Positions 43,240-54,650 are shown, counted from the first letter of the stretch. The stretch is 64,000 nt of DNA from Alphaproteobacteria bacterium (GCA_965261735.1 OZ253470.1:1568001-1632000), one strand, 5' to 3'. Numbers and translations: made by a program. The notes: generated by a model not told the origin, from the sequence alone.

Positions 43240-43825
43240 AGTGCAGGAACATGTTCATCCGCGCCAGCGCCCAAGTAGCGACGTCCATTTCCTGGCCGTA
43301 GACTGTGATGCCGCGCGGCGCTTGGTCGGCAGCCTTGAGGAGTAGCGAGCCGGAACCGCAGGTGGGATCGTAGATGGTCTGGTCTTGGCGTGTGTCGGAG
43401 CCGATGCCGACCACCTGCGCCATGATGCGCGAGACCTCCGCCGGAGGTGTAGAATTGTCCCTTGCTCTTGCCGCTCTCGGTCGCGAAATGGCGCATCAGA
43501 TATTCGTAGGCATCGCCCAGGAGGTCGTCGCCTTCGGCACTGTTGGCGCTGAAGTCGAGGCCGTCGAAGATGGCGACCAGTTTCGAGAGCCGATCCTGCA
43601 TCTCCTTGCCCGTACCGAGCTTGCTCTCGTCATTGAAGTCGGCTTGGTCGATGACGCCCTTGAGATCGTTGGCCTCGGCGAGGAGGCCGATGATCTTATT
43701 GATCCTGTCGCCGATCTCCTTGTCGCCCTTGGACTTCACCATGTCCGCAAAGCCGCCGCCGGCGGGTACTTCGATCAACGCTCCGGGCTTGCCGGCGTAC
43801 TTGTCTGATACGTATTTCGTGAACA
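43240..43825 (-). pseudogene. hsdM: Type I restriction-modification M subunit fragment, frameshifted
   Basis: KYVSDKY, DDLLGDAYEYLMRHFATESGKSKGQFYT, YDPTCGSGSLL, LARMNM.LH. Confidence 0.88.
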
Positions 43826-44232
43826 AGATCATTCACACGCTTCACCACGCCCTGCGCAACCCGCAGCAACGCGGCGACGAGTTGTTCGTCTACGTCCATC
43901 GCGCCTTCGTACTCGGCAAGATTGCGCTTGCGGTGGGCCTGGTCCAGCACTCGCCACTGTTCCTGAGGCAGGCCGATGGTGTGCTGCAGGCATTGAAAGA
44001 CCAGATAGCGCGAATCGGAGCGATAGCCTTGCGCCCGCAAGGCCGCGAGCGCCAGCGCATGGGCCGCGTTGTAGCCGAGGTCGAAGCGGCTCTCCAGGCT
44101 CAACTCCTTGCGCTCGGCATCTTCCAGACGGCGCTCGCCCGAGCGCAACAGGCCCTCGATCTCCCCCTCCGCGGCCGGCTCCGTCTTGAGTTGGCCGATG
44201 CGCACCAGGTTATCGAGCTGCGGATGCGTCAT
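43826..44232 (-). CDS. HEPN-like protein (putative toxin); stop lost, reads into the hsdM remnant to 43696
   Basis: Y.AAH..ALAAL...GYR, R.RN.AEY.G; overlaps the MNT gene. Confidence 0.72.
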
Positions 44233-44875
44233 CTTCTCTTCCAATGAGGACCAGATGTTCGCCAGCGAGCACGCGGCTCAGGAATGTGTTTCCGGCCGAT
44301 CGACGCGCGTTGAACTCCTGCACCGTGTAAAGCGTGGGGCTGATCTTGCGGTCCAGGTTCGTCTCCACCGGCGCGAGCGCTGTGTAGAGTTCTTCCAGCA
44401 TCACGCCGTCGGCGGTGACGAGCAGATCGATGTCGCTGGCTGCCGTATCCGTACCATGCACGACAGAACCGTAGATCATGGCCAGCTCGATGCGGTCGGC
44501 GAGCGGGTCCAGCGCCTGCCGGATCGGCTCAACCATGGCGACTGTCTTGCGTACGATGCCGATTAGTTCGTGATACACGGGACAATCGGGATTGGCCTGG
44601 TAATGCTTCTGCGTTCCGATATAGGTAACGCTCACCAGACCGCTCGACGCGAAGCGCTGGAGTTCGCGCTGCACGGCCCCGGAACCGGATCCGGTCAGCC
44701 CGATCAACTCGCTGGCAAAAAAGCTTCGGTTGGGCTGGCCGAACAGTAGGGCTAGAACCCGCTGCTGGGTTGTGGTGAAAAGCGCATCGGCGAGACCGGT
44801 GGGTGTGCCGACATGCTTGGCCGCCGCCTTGCGGCGGGCCGGTCGAGACAGGCGTGTTGGAGTTTGTGTACTCAT
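44210..44875 (-). CDS. HTH + minimal nucleotidyltransferase (putative antitoxin)
   Basis: wHTH G.VQREL..F..SGLV; YGS..G.D...SDIDLLV. Confidence 0.85.
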   Translation of the reverse strand: MSTQTPTRLSRPARRKAAAKHVGTPTGLADALFTTTQQRVLALLFGQPNRSFFASELIGLTGSGSGAVQRELQRFASSGLVSVTYIGTQKHYQANPDCPVYHELIGIVRKTVAMVEPIRQALDPLADRIELAMIYGSVVHGTDTAASDIDLLVTADGVMLEELYTALAPVETNLDRKISPTLYTVQEFNARRSAGNTFLSRVLAGEHLVLIGREDDASAAR

Positions 44876-44976
44876 AACAGGCATTTTAATGCTCGATTTG
44901 GGTAATGTGCAATGATGATTCCGGTTTTGCCTGTGCTCCGGGACCCCGCGACCATTGGTGACGATCGCCGCCGCCT

Positions 44977-45440
44977 TCACATCCGCCTCAAGGTCCAGAG
45001 GACCTTTCCGACGATGTGGGCGTCCTGGGCGAGGCATGTGTAGGGCTCGTACGCGGGGTTGGCGGAGATTAGCCTGAGCCTGGGCGGCTCGGTGTTGGGC
45101 AGAACTTCGACCCGCTTGACCACGAGGCCGGTGCCGTCCCACAGCACCGCCGTCTCGCCGGTGCCGGGGGCGCGGCGGGTAACGTCGACCAGCAGCCGGT
45201 CGCCGTCGGAGACCAGAGGCTCCATGGAGTCGCCGCGCGCGCGCAGGACACGGAGATTGCCGGGTTCGGCGTCGCCCTCGTGACGGATCATGCCCTCGGG
45301 CAGGTACCAGCGCGCTTTCTCGGTGGCGAATTCCTCGCCTGCCGCCCCCGCCCCGGCGGCGGCCTCGACCGCCATCTCGGGGATAGCGGCGAGTGGAGCG
45401 CCGGGAAGAGCGGCCGGCGGGGTGCGCCGCCCACAGTCAT
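44977..45440 (-). pseudogene. CI/LexA-like repressor, S24 peptidase domain (N-terminus lost)
   Basis: GDSMEP..DGD.LLVD, VVKR, LISANP.Y. Confidence 0.8.
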
Positions 45441-45874
45441 CATCCGGGAGTTTGCCGGCGCGGCAAACTCCTCCTTGTCCCCGATCATAGTCAACCCGTC
45501 GAAGCGATGGCAAATTTGACGCAGTCGCCGACCGGGGATGAGGAATGGGCTGTCCAGAGAGCCGGTTACATGACACTCGAATCCATTGCTCCGGTGAGCG
45601 ACATTGACTCCATAGAGCTGCCCGCAGTGGGAGACTGAGCGTCCGAGCCCAGACCGCCGGAAACCTTGTAGAGTGCAACGCTCCCACACCACTCCCGGGG
45701 ACACGATCCCGTCGTATGGCGAGACAAAGTCAGCGGACACTAGAAATCTACAGCCAGCATAGGGAACTTCGAAGAATATTGCCGGTGACCTGTCCTCTTC
45801 ATCGCCCTCTCGCCCAAGAATCCAATCAATCCAGGCAACCACACTCGGCGTACCCATAAGGGCGAAGTTGGAAC

Positions 45875-46904
45875 CTTGCCTATCCGGTTTACACCCACAC
45901 CCACTAGGGCTAGAATGGGCGCAACCCGGATATAGGGGAGCGCGCCATGGATGTTCTCGACCGCGCCGATCTCCCATTCCCGCATTCGCTACCCGAGTTC
46001 CAGCGACTTTTCCCCGATGATGCGGCCTGCGCCGCCTACCTGGAGAAAGCCCGCTGGGGAGACGGCTTTGCCTGCCCGCACTGCGGCACGGCGGGAGAGC
46101 CGTTCCACTTTGAAAACCGCCCTGGCGTCCTGCGCTGCCGCAAGTGCCGCCAGAACACCGGGCTGACGGTGGGAACAGTGATGGAGCGTAGCCACACTCC
46201 GCTGAACGTCTGGTTCTGGGCCGCTTATCTGGTCGCCAGTCAGACGCCCGGCATGTCCGCCGTGCAGTTTCAGCGGCAACTTGGTCTTTCGCGCTACGAG
46301 ACGGCCTTTCAAATTCTCCACAAGCTCCGCTCGGGCATGGTGCGGCCCAACCAAGACAGGATCGGTGGACAGCCCAAGAACCATGTTGAGGTGGACGAAA
46401 CCTGGGTTGGCGGGCGAACGCGTGGGGAAGGCCGTGGTGTTCACCACAAGGTTCCCGTCTCCTGTGCCATCGACGTCGTGCTCGACCGTAGCGCCGAGTC
46501 GCTCTGTGGGTTCGTCGAGAGCACCGTCGCGCCAGGATCGCTGATCGTTACTGACGATTGGAGCGGCTATGCTGGCCTCGGTAAGCGCGGCTATGAGCAC
46601 TTCGCTGTTGCCGAGTGTGGTGATCCAGAGGTTGCCGAGCAATACCTGCCGATCATCCATCTGGTTTTCGCCAACCTGAAGACGTGGCTGATCGGTATCC
46701 ACCACGGCGTTAGCCACCAGCACCTACAAGCCTACCTCAACGAGTTCACCTTCCGCTTCAACAGGCGGTTCTACCCGTTCAACGCCTTCCGCTCATTGCT
46801 CGGCATCGCGGGCGACACCTCTGCTCCAACCTATGCCGAGCTTTACTCGGGAGAGTGGCGGCACCCTACATGTAGCGGTCATGGGCGTTAACCGGATAGG
46901 CAAG
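45875..46904 (+). mobile_element. IS1595 copy 5 with a 75-bp in-frame deletion (transposase 45947-46891)
   Basis: 8-bp TSD GTTGGAAC; 314 aa versus 339 aa. Confidence 0.95.
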
Positions 46905-46994
46905 GTTGGAACGATGACTTGCCAACGCGAGTGAAGTTGGCGTTGCCTCCGGGTTGTATTGTCGGTCCCGATCCAGAAGTACCTTTTTTCGTTC

Positions 46995-47048
46995 CGCTCG
47001 GCTTTGCGCGAAAAGCTCGTCAAGATCGGCGCGAAGATCGTCCGCCAC
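46995..47048 (+). pseudogene. IS1380-like transposase scrap fused to an integrase
   Basis: LREKLVKIGAKIVRH. Confidence 0.55.
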
Positions 47049-47909
47049 TGGCAACTGCGTCCCCTTGACAGCATCACCCGGCGGGACGTGGAGGATCGTT
47101 TCAGCCGCCTCACGGAAGATCACGGCTGGGCCTGCGCCAACCGGGGAATATCGCTCCTGGGTTCGATATACCGTCGGCCATGCGTCGATTTCGAGGGCCT
47201 GCGCAACCCGGTCGAGCTGTGGCGCGCCGGAGGCGGCAAGTATCATCGCCCGAAACGGCGCAAGATCTCCGCACCCGCCGAGGTGCTGCCGCGCTGGCGG
47301 GCGGGCATCGAAGCGGTGGTGGCGACGCCGAAGGTCCGGGATGCATTCTGGTTCGGGCTCTATACGGGAATGCGCCTCAACGAGGTGCTGTCCCTGCAGT
47401 GGGAACGAGTGGACATGGCGGGGCTTGTCTTCCGGGTCGAGGAGACCAAAACCGGTGAGCCCCTGGAACTGCCCATCACCCGGCAACTGGCGGCCATCCT
47501 CGAACGCCGCAACCGGGAGAGCGAAACGCTACCGGGCGATCTTCGCGGCTGGGTGTTCCCGTCCTCAGCCAGAGCAGGCCACATCTCTGACCTCAGTCAA
47601 TTCTATGCGCGAATCGGAACGGCGGGCGGTGCGAAGTTCTGGTACCACGCACTGCGGAATTGTTTCATTACCGTCGCCGAGCGCGACCTGCTGCTGCCGC
47701 TGTCCTTGACCAAACGGCTTGTCAACCACGCCCGGCCCAACGACGTCACCGAGGGCTACGCCGCCGACTGGATAATCGGGCAACTGCGGGAACCGGCGCA
47801 GCGCATCGCGGATCGGATCGAGGCACTGATGAACGATTGCCCGGCCAAATCGGCCACGGCAAGCTCCATCGGCAGGCCCCGCGTGCCGCACTGGATCAGT
47901 CCGGAATGA
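47049..47909 (+). pseudogene. Tyrosine integrase, N-terminally truncated paralog of the next gene
   Basis: TGMR, ETKTG, HALR, VNH, EGY. Confidence 0.85.
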
Positions 47910-49189
47910 CGAAACCCTCCGGAAAACGTATCGCGCTGAACAAGCTGTCCTTGACCAAACGCACTGTCGAGGCGCTGAAGCCCGCCGCCAAGTCCTGGAT
48001 CGCCTGGGATGACACCTTGACCGGGTTCGGGGTCCGGGTGCAGCCCACAGGCCTCAAATCCTACATCGTCAACTACCGCGCAGGCGACGGTGGACGAAAG
48101 GCGCCCAACAAGCGCGTCGTTCTTGGCCGCCACGGCGGGATAACGGCAGCGCAAGCCCGGCATATGGCGCAGCGGGTGTTGCGTGAAGCCGCCACCGGCG
48201 ACGGTCCGGCGGGCGGGCGCGCCGAGGCGGGCGGCATGCCACTGCTCGAGCAAGCCTTCGATGACTATATGGCGGTCAATCCCAAACGAACCACGCGCAC
48301 CAATAAGCACTATCGCAACATATTCGGCTATCTCGCCGACTGGCGCATGCGTCCGCTCGACGCCATCGGCCGCCGGGATGTAGAGGACCGTTTCAACAGC
48401 CTCACCCGGAATAACGGTTGGGCGCCGGCCAACATGTCGATATCGCTCCTGGGTTCAATCTATCGCCGGCCCTGCGTCGATCTCGAGGGCCTGCGCAACC
48501 CGGTCGAGCTGTGGCGCGCCGGCGGCGGCAAGTATCATCCCCCGAAGCGGCGCAAGATCTCCGCTCCGGCGGAGGTGCTGCCGCGCTGGAAGAAAGGCAT
48601 CGAGGCGGAGGCCATCGCGCCGGTTGCCCGGGACGCGTTCCGGTTCGGGCTGTATACCGGCATGCGCCTGAACGAGGTGTTGCCGCTTAGGTGGGAGCGC
48701 GTGGACATGACGGAGCTTGTCTTCCGCGTTGACGAGACCAAGACCGGGGCGCCCCTGGAACTGCCTATTACCCGGCAACTGGCCGCCATCCTCGAACGCC
48801 GCCGGGCAGAGATCGGGACCCTGCCGGGCGGGCTTCGGGACTGGGTGTTCCCGTCCTCCGCAAGCGCCTCGGGCCATGTCGTCGACCTGGCTCATTTCTA
48901 CGGGCTGATCGGCGAGACGGGCGGCACGAAGTTCTGGTACCACGCTTTGCGGAATTGTTTCATCACGGTGGCAGAGCGCGACCTGCTGCTGCCGCGCACT
49001 TTGACCAAGCGGCTGGTCAACCACGTCCGGCCCAACGACATCACCGAGGGATACGCGGCCGACTGGACCATCGGGCAACTGCGCGAACCCGCGCAGGGCA
49101 TCGCCGACCAGATCGATGCCTTGATGAACGCACCCGTAGCGGCTGCTCCGGCAAACTCGCTAAAGGTGGGAACAAATCATCAAATGTAG
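47906..49189 (+). CDS. Tyrosine integrase with arm-binding (DUF4102-like) domain
   Basis: LTKR.V....WD..L.GFGVRV...G.KS; R-K-H-R-H-Y catalytic set; ATGA overlap with the upstream paralog. Confidence 0.9.
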   Translation: MTKPSGKRIALNKLSLTKRTVEALKPAAKSWIAWDDTLTGFGVRVQPTGLKSYIVNYRAGDGGRKAPNKRVVLGRHGGITAAQARHMAQRVLREAATGDGPAGGRAEAGGMPLLEQAFDDYMAVNPKRTTRTNKHYRNIFGYLADWRMRPLDAIGRRDVEDRFNSLTRNNGWAPANMSISLLGSIYRRPCVDLEGLRNPVELWRAGGGKYHPPKRRKISAPAEVLPRWKKGIEAEAIAPVARDAFRFGLYTGMRLNEVLPLRWERVDMTELVFRVDETKTGAPLELPITRQLAAILERRRAEIGTLPGGLRDWVFPSSASASGHVVDLAHFYGLIGETGGTKFWYHALRNCFITVAERDLLLPRTLTKRLVNHVRPNDITEGYAADWTIGQLREPAQGIADQIDALMNAPVAAAPANSLKVGTNHQM

Positions 49190-49224
49190 CGCGAGTTCCA
49201 CTTCGGCGAGGCCCTGGCTCGGGG

Positions 49225-49577
49225 CGCCGAGACGGTGCCGGTCACGGGGCTGGAAGTTCTGGCCTCGGCCAAGCGCGTCGAGGGCAATCCACATGTCATA
49301 GTTGGGACCGCCGAGGGGGGCGCATCTTACAGACCTTAAAGAGCCCTGGCGGCGCGTGCGGAAGGCGGCGGAGCTCGACGATGTGCGGATCCACGATTTA
49401 AGGCATTCGTTTGCCTCGGAGGCGGTGATGGGGGGCGAGAGCCTGCCGATGGTGGGTCGAATCCTCTGCCACACCCAGGCTCAGACCACCGCCCGGTACG
49501 CCCATCTCGCGGACGATCCCCTGCAGAGGGCGTCGGAACGCATCGCGTCCTCTCTCAAGCAAGCCATGGATGGGTGA
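49225..49577 (+). pseudogene. Tyrosine integrase C-terminal remnant, close paralog of 6137-6803
   Basis: HDLRHSFASEAVMGGESLPMVG...LKQAMDG. Confidence 0.85.
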
Positions 49578-49704
49578 AGAGCGAGGCCACCCGGGCTCCG
49601 AAACGAGACTTGTTGTTCGGAGCTCGGCATGACATCGCGGCATAACCTGCACGGCCATTCATCGTGCACGCCGTGAGACTTCATCGCAAGGCGCGCATCC
49701 GGCC

Positions 49705-50511
49705 TCAGAACCCGTAGCGCAGAGACAGGCGGAGACCATGGCTCCTCAACTTTGCCCGCGTCGGGGCGAGCTTGAGCGGCAGCGGCTCCCGGCTCCCGTC
49801 CCGCCAGACGACCCGGCCTCTGCCTTCGCCGGTCTCGACCGGGCCGAGATCCGTGTAACGCCAAGCGAGTTCGAGCGTCGTGTTGTCACCCAGAGATGTC
49901 GCGACCCCCGCCGTCAGCATCCAGGCGAGGTTGACACGACGCGCGCCCGGAACGATGGTCGTCGTCCTCGGAAACGCCATGCGGGTTTCTCCGATCTCGA
50001 CCCGGACGGCTCCGGCGCCGCCTCCGAGAAACGGGCTGAAACGACCCAGCCTCGGCACGCCCAGTTCCGGCAAGTCCACGTAAGCGGCCAGCATGCCCGA
50101 CAGGGAGGACAGGTCCGCCGAGACCGACTGTCGACGCGCGGGATCCAGGAAATTGGCGCGGCCATCGAAAGCGAAGCGCGGCCGGTATCCGACTAGGACT
50201 TCGACCCGCGTGGCGCGCGTGAGTATATGGCCGACCCCGAACTCAACGCCGGCCACCGTCCCAAAATCGCCTAGCGAACGCAGAGGCGCACCGTCGCCGC
50301 CCGTGCCGCAGCCATACAGTGCCGCCCGAGAAACGCTTGAACAATCCTTGTCCATGAACCGGGTCTCGGCGGGGCGGTCGAAACCAATCCCGGCTCGCAG
50401 ATAGACGTCGTCCGCGATCCCGACCCCTGGGACCATGGTTGCCGCGATACCGACCAGGGTCGCCGCCAAATGGAGGCATTTCACCCGCAACGGCGCCGTG
50501 CATGCCAGCAT
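49705..50511 (-). CDS. Outer-membrane beta-barrel protein (opacity/OmpW-like); start uncertain
   Basis: Amphipathic strands, PFLGGGAG, WRYTDLG, C-terminal LRYGF. Confidence 0.85.
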   Translation of the reverse strand: MLACTAPLRVKCLHLAATLVGIAATMVPGVGIADDVYLRAGIGFDRPAETRFMDKDCSSVSRAALYGCGTGGDGAPLRSLGDFGTVAGVEFGVGHILTRATRVEVLVGYRPRFAFDGRANFLDPARRQSVSADLSSLSGMLAAYVDLPELGVPRLGRFSPFLGGGAGAVRVEIGETRMAFPRTTTIVPGARRVNLAWMLTAGVATSLGDNTTLELAWRYTDLGPVETGEGRGRVVWRDGSREPLPLKLAPTRAKLRSHGLRLSLRYGF

Positions 50512-51081
50512 GGCAGATGGAGAGCCGGTACTGTCTTTCATGCTCGACGGGCAATCGCGACCGCCAGCTCGCATCGATCTGCTTTGCATGATCGTGGTGA
50601 GTGCCTTCGGCATTCGCCTGTGGCGCAATTCAGGCAATTCCTGGTGATTGTTCAAATTGGCTCGGCGCACGGCCATCCTTTCCAGTCTGCTGACTTCTTC
50701 CGATTTGCACCCGCAAGCTTGTTCGATTCCTACGGGCGCAGTTTCGTGACGCGGCCTCTATCTAGCGCGGCGGATCATCGCGGGGATATAGAGAATATTG
50801 TTCGGTTCGTCACGTCTAACGACGGCGTCGGGGCCGAAGACGGAATTCTGGCCCGTGACACGCCCGCAAGCTGCTCAAAGCGCTCTGGCGGTTCTCGAGA
50901 CCGGCCTCGTGCCGACTGGCGCCACGCTCGCCTGATCGCGAGACCGCGCTGTTCCAGACCGGCCGGACGCGGTCGGGGCTGGGCCGGGTGGCGTGTGGCC
51001 GAGCCTCTGACGGGCAGAAAGACGCCGACTGAGAGATGGGCCCCGCCTCCGGAACGCTGCGCCCGCAGCAAGCGGGATCGG

Positions 51082-51371
51082 TGTAGGTGACGGTCAAAAA
51101 CTGCGCTTATTTGCTGAAACTAGATGTGGCACTGGACAAGGGAGATTCGGTTGATCCTGCGAATCTGGTCGCGACAGCCGGAAGTCCCCTTCCGGCCATG
51201 GAAAGCCCATTGCACCTGGGGTTGCGGCGCGTCACCCGAAGGGCCGTAGCGAAGCGAAGAAGCCGCGAAGCGGCTTGGCGCGTCGTGGCGCCAGGTGCCC
51301 AGTCATACATCTAGTGGCTGGCGGCCCAGCGGACTTCAGCAAATAAGCGCACTTTTGCACCGTCGCTAACA
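51082..51371. mobile_element. 290-bp MITE-like element with TGT...ACA ends
   Basis: ~38-bp imperfect IRs with perfect core TGCGCTTATTTGCTGAA, plus inner IR ACTAGATGT. Confidence 0.75.
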
Positions 51372-51662
51372 CGAGGGATGGTTCCGGCGCTCCGTCGCCG
51401 AAAAACCTCCCGGATAAGAGTTGGGTATGCGCACAAGCGCGACCGATGCGAAAAGCGTTCCGACCTGGCCACAAGGCAAACCAACCGTCAATCCGACCAA
51501 CCCAGAAAGCGAGTTCGCCATGCAGTAAACCCAACCAACTTCTCCGCTTGACTGCGTGTGCCCTCATAAGAGTCCGAGCTTGGCCGGGAGGCGGGCGGCG
51601 GATGGACACCCGAGAGAGCGCCCCCGCCGTTCGCAACCACAGACCCACGGGAGACGGCACAA

Positions 51663-51986
51663 ATGCAGATGGCCACAATGCTACGCCGCAGCACGCGCAC
51701 TTTCCTCACACACTTATTCGGCCCGGGCCTCAATGACGACCGCTACGTGATTGAGCGGTTCCAGTCGAAGGCCGACGGCGAGATCCTCCCCCGGCACGGC
51801 AAAGGGGCCTCGAAGAAGGGCCGGGGCAAGGCTTCCCGCGAGATCGTCTCCCTGAGCACCGTCCAGCGGATGAGGCCCGAGCGCGACGAGATCATCATCT
51901 GCACGGGCCTCAACTGCTCCAACCTCGGCGTTCAATATTGGGGTAATCGAGCGGTGGGCCTGTTCGTAAACGCCAAATATCGCTGA
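51663..51986 (+). CDS. Hypothetical small basic protein
   Basis: GGAGA RBS; TTGACT at 51548 as a possible -35. Confidence 0.45.
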   Translation: MQMATMLRRSTRTFLTHLFGPGLNDDRYVIERFQSKADGEILPRHGKGASKKGRGKASREIVSLSTVQRMRPERDEIIICTGLNCSNLGVQYWGNRAVGLFVNAKYR

Positions 51987-52067
51987 CCTGCGGTCGCCGG
52001 GGACGTCCGGCAGGGCTTCGCCGGCCGGACGTCCTTCGCCGGGACTACAACCGCGGAAGGAAGGAAC

Positions 52068-52179
52068 ATGCCATACAAAGATCCCGAGAAAGAACGCGCA
52101 TGCGGGCGTCGGCGTTATGAACGCATCACCGCCGAGCGGATCGCCCGCGGCATGTGTCCGAGGTGCGGGAAGTCGAGGC
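52068..52179 (+). pseudogene. Arg-rich CxxC protein N-terminus, truncated by IS256
   Basis: AAGGA RBS; MPYKDPEKER...RIARGMCPRCGK. Confidence 0.6.
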
Positions 52180-53613
52180 GATCGTGTCCCGCGGAGTGGT
52201 GTAAGAGCGTTGCGCTCTACGCGGCTCCCGGCGGGTAGGGCCGGGACGTTCAGGCTGCCACGGTGGGCAGCGTGATGGGGACACCATCGCTCAGCGGAGC
52301 GATGGATTCCAGCGTCATGTATCTCCTTGAGACGGCCCACTCGTCGTTCTGCTCGAGAAGGATGGCGCCGACGAGCCGTGTGATGGCGGCTTCGTTGGGA
52401 AAGATACCGACGACGTTGGTGCGACGCTTGACCTCGGCATGGAGCCGTTCGATCGGGTTTGTGGAGTGCAATTTCTGGCGGTGCTCCCTGGGGAAGCTCA
52501 TGTAGGCGAGGACGTCGTGCTCGGCTTCGTCCATGAGAACTGCCAGCTTGGGCACCTTGGGCCTGAGCTGGTCGGCGACCTGGCGCCACTGGACCTTCGC
52601 GCTGTCGGCGTCCTCCTGGGCGAAGGCGGAGACGACGCGCCGGCCCTGGCGGCCGGCATGGGCCAGCAGGTTGCGGGCGAAGTGCACGCGGCAGCGCTGC
52701 CATGTGGCGCCGAGGATCCGGGTCGCGGCGGCCTTCAGGCCCTTGTGGTCGTCGGAGATCACCAGCTTCACGCCGCGCAGCCCGCGCCGGGCCAGCGAGC
52801 GCAGGAACTCGGTCCAGAAGGTCTCGGCCTCCGACGCGCCGATCGCCACGCCCAGGACCTCGCGGCGGCCTTGGTCGTTGACGGCCACAGCCACGGTCAC
52901 CGCGACCGAGACGATGCGTCCGGTCTGGCGCACCTTCACGTAGGTGGCGTCGAGCCACAGATAGGGCCAGTCGCCCTCCAGCGGTCGATCGAGGAAGCCG
53001 GTGACCTTATCGTCGATCTCGCCGCACAGCCTGGAGACCTGGCTCTTGGAGGCGCCCGACATCCCCATCGCCTGAACCAGATCGTCGACCGAGCGGGTCG
53101 ACACCCCCTGGATGTAGGCCTCCTGGATCACCGCAGCCAGCGCCTTCTCGGCCATCCGCCGCGGCTCCAGGAAGCCCGGGAAGTAGCTTCCCTTCCTCAG
53201 CTTCGGGATCTTCAGCTCGACCGTGCCGGCCCGCGTCTCCCAGGACCGGTCGCGGTAGCCGTTGCGATGGGTGATACGATCCGCCGAGCGCTCGCCGTGC
53301 CCGGCGCCGGTCAGGCCCTCAACCTCCAGTGCCATCAGCCGCTCGGCCGTGAAGCCGATCATCTCGCAAAGCAGATCGGCATCGGAGCTCTTCTCCAAAA
53401 GCGCGCGCAGGGTCATCATGTCCTGGGTCATCGTGGTTCTCCTTCGGGTCAGGTTGGTTTGCACTAGCCCAACCCTAAACCGGAACCGCGATGGCCTCCG
53501 CTGTGGATAGCCGGCTTGCCTACGCCAGACTCTCGGCGGTCGCTACGGCAAGCCGCCTACCCACAGCTACCAGAGGCTCCAACAACTCCTACACCACGTC
53601 CTGGGACACGACC
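52180..53613 (-). mobile_element. IS256 type A, copy 2 (transposase 52250-53464)
   Basis: Near-identical to 27962-29395; no TSD. Confidence 0.95.
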
Positions 53614-54409
53614 GCTTCGCGTTCCGCCGTGCCCGACGCAATGGTCACGCCGCCGCCGGCTGCCAGACCATGGCGGTTCTCCGTCAGCGCATGGCCCATG
53701 TAACACAGCTTGCTTTCCCGGCCATTACCCTTGCGATAAAGCCGGGCGTCCGGATCAGTGGTGCTTGCATGGGTCGCGTTCGAGCGTTTCTCGCCATGAA
53801 AATCCCGCGCGGCGTTGCGCCCCGATCCCCCGTCGCCATCGTCCTCACCTTTGGGACGAAAGCTCTTCATCGACGCCCAGGCCTCGATCAATGTTCCGTC
53901 TACCGAAAAATGATCCCGGCTCAATAGTCCCCCTACCTTGTGGTGCTGGATAACCCCCGCAAGCAGCTGCCCCGAAACCTCCGCCTCCAGAAGACGGTCC
54001 CGGTTGTGGCAGAACGCGCTGGCGTCCCACACGCCATCGTCCAGCCCAAGCCCCACAAACCAGCAAAACAGCATGTTGAAGTTTAGCTGCTCCATCAGCT
54101 GACGCTCCGAGCGGATCGAATAAAACGCCTGCAACAGTAACGCTCGAAGAAGCTTCTCCGGCGGGATCGATGGGCGACCCATGTGGGAATAAAGCGTCTC
54201 GAACTCCGAAGATAGAGACCCCAATACGTCGTTCACGATCTCACGGATCAGACGCAGCGGATGATCATCCGGAACACGCTCTTCCAAGTCTACGTAGCTG
54301 AATAAATTGCCACTGCTTTGATCTCGACCCCGCATGCCATCCTCCATCACTCGAAGGAATCACAGAATCATGTCACAACTGCAAAGGCGAGGACTTTTTC
54401 AGTAGCCTG
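53614..54409 (-). mobile_element. IS5/IS1182-like copy 2, truncated by IS256
   Basis: Near-identical to 1318-2113; CTAG flank at 54410-54413. Confidence 0.93.
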
Positions 54410-54413
54410 CTAG

Positions 54414-54650
54414 ATCAATTTGATGTTCGTTCCGGAGAACCGAGCCGTCGTTGGGAGGGCCGATGCAATAAATAGAAGGGACAACTGGCCGCGTCAGCAC
54501 GAATGGTTAGCCGCACATCTCAATGACCTGCATCGGGTTTTCGCGAACCGGGTCCGGGTACTCGATGCCGATGCTTGGCAGGACAACGACGACATAGAGG
54601 TGCTGCCGGAGCATCCAAAAGACCGGGGGAAAGAGAACGAGGCCGAGTGA
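54414..54650 (+). pseudogene. DUF4268-like C-terminal fragment
   Basis: NWPRQHEWLA..LNDLHRVF..RV. Confidence 0.6.

Noticed and set aside
47049-49577. Canonical RIT element
   Set aside because: The integrases are arm-domain type, two are near-duplicates, two are truncated, and paired terminal repeats were not found.
51590-51660. Glycine riboswitch
   Set aside because: Only a GAGAGA-like fragment matches, and the downstream gene is unrelated to glycine metabolism.
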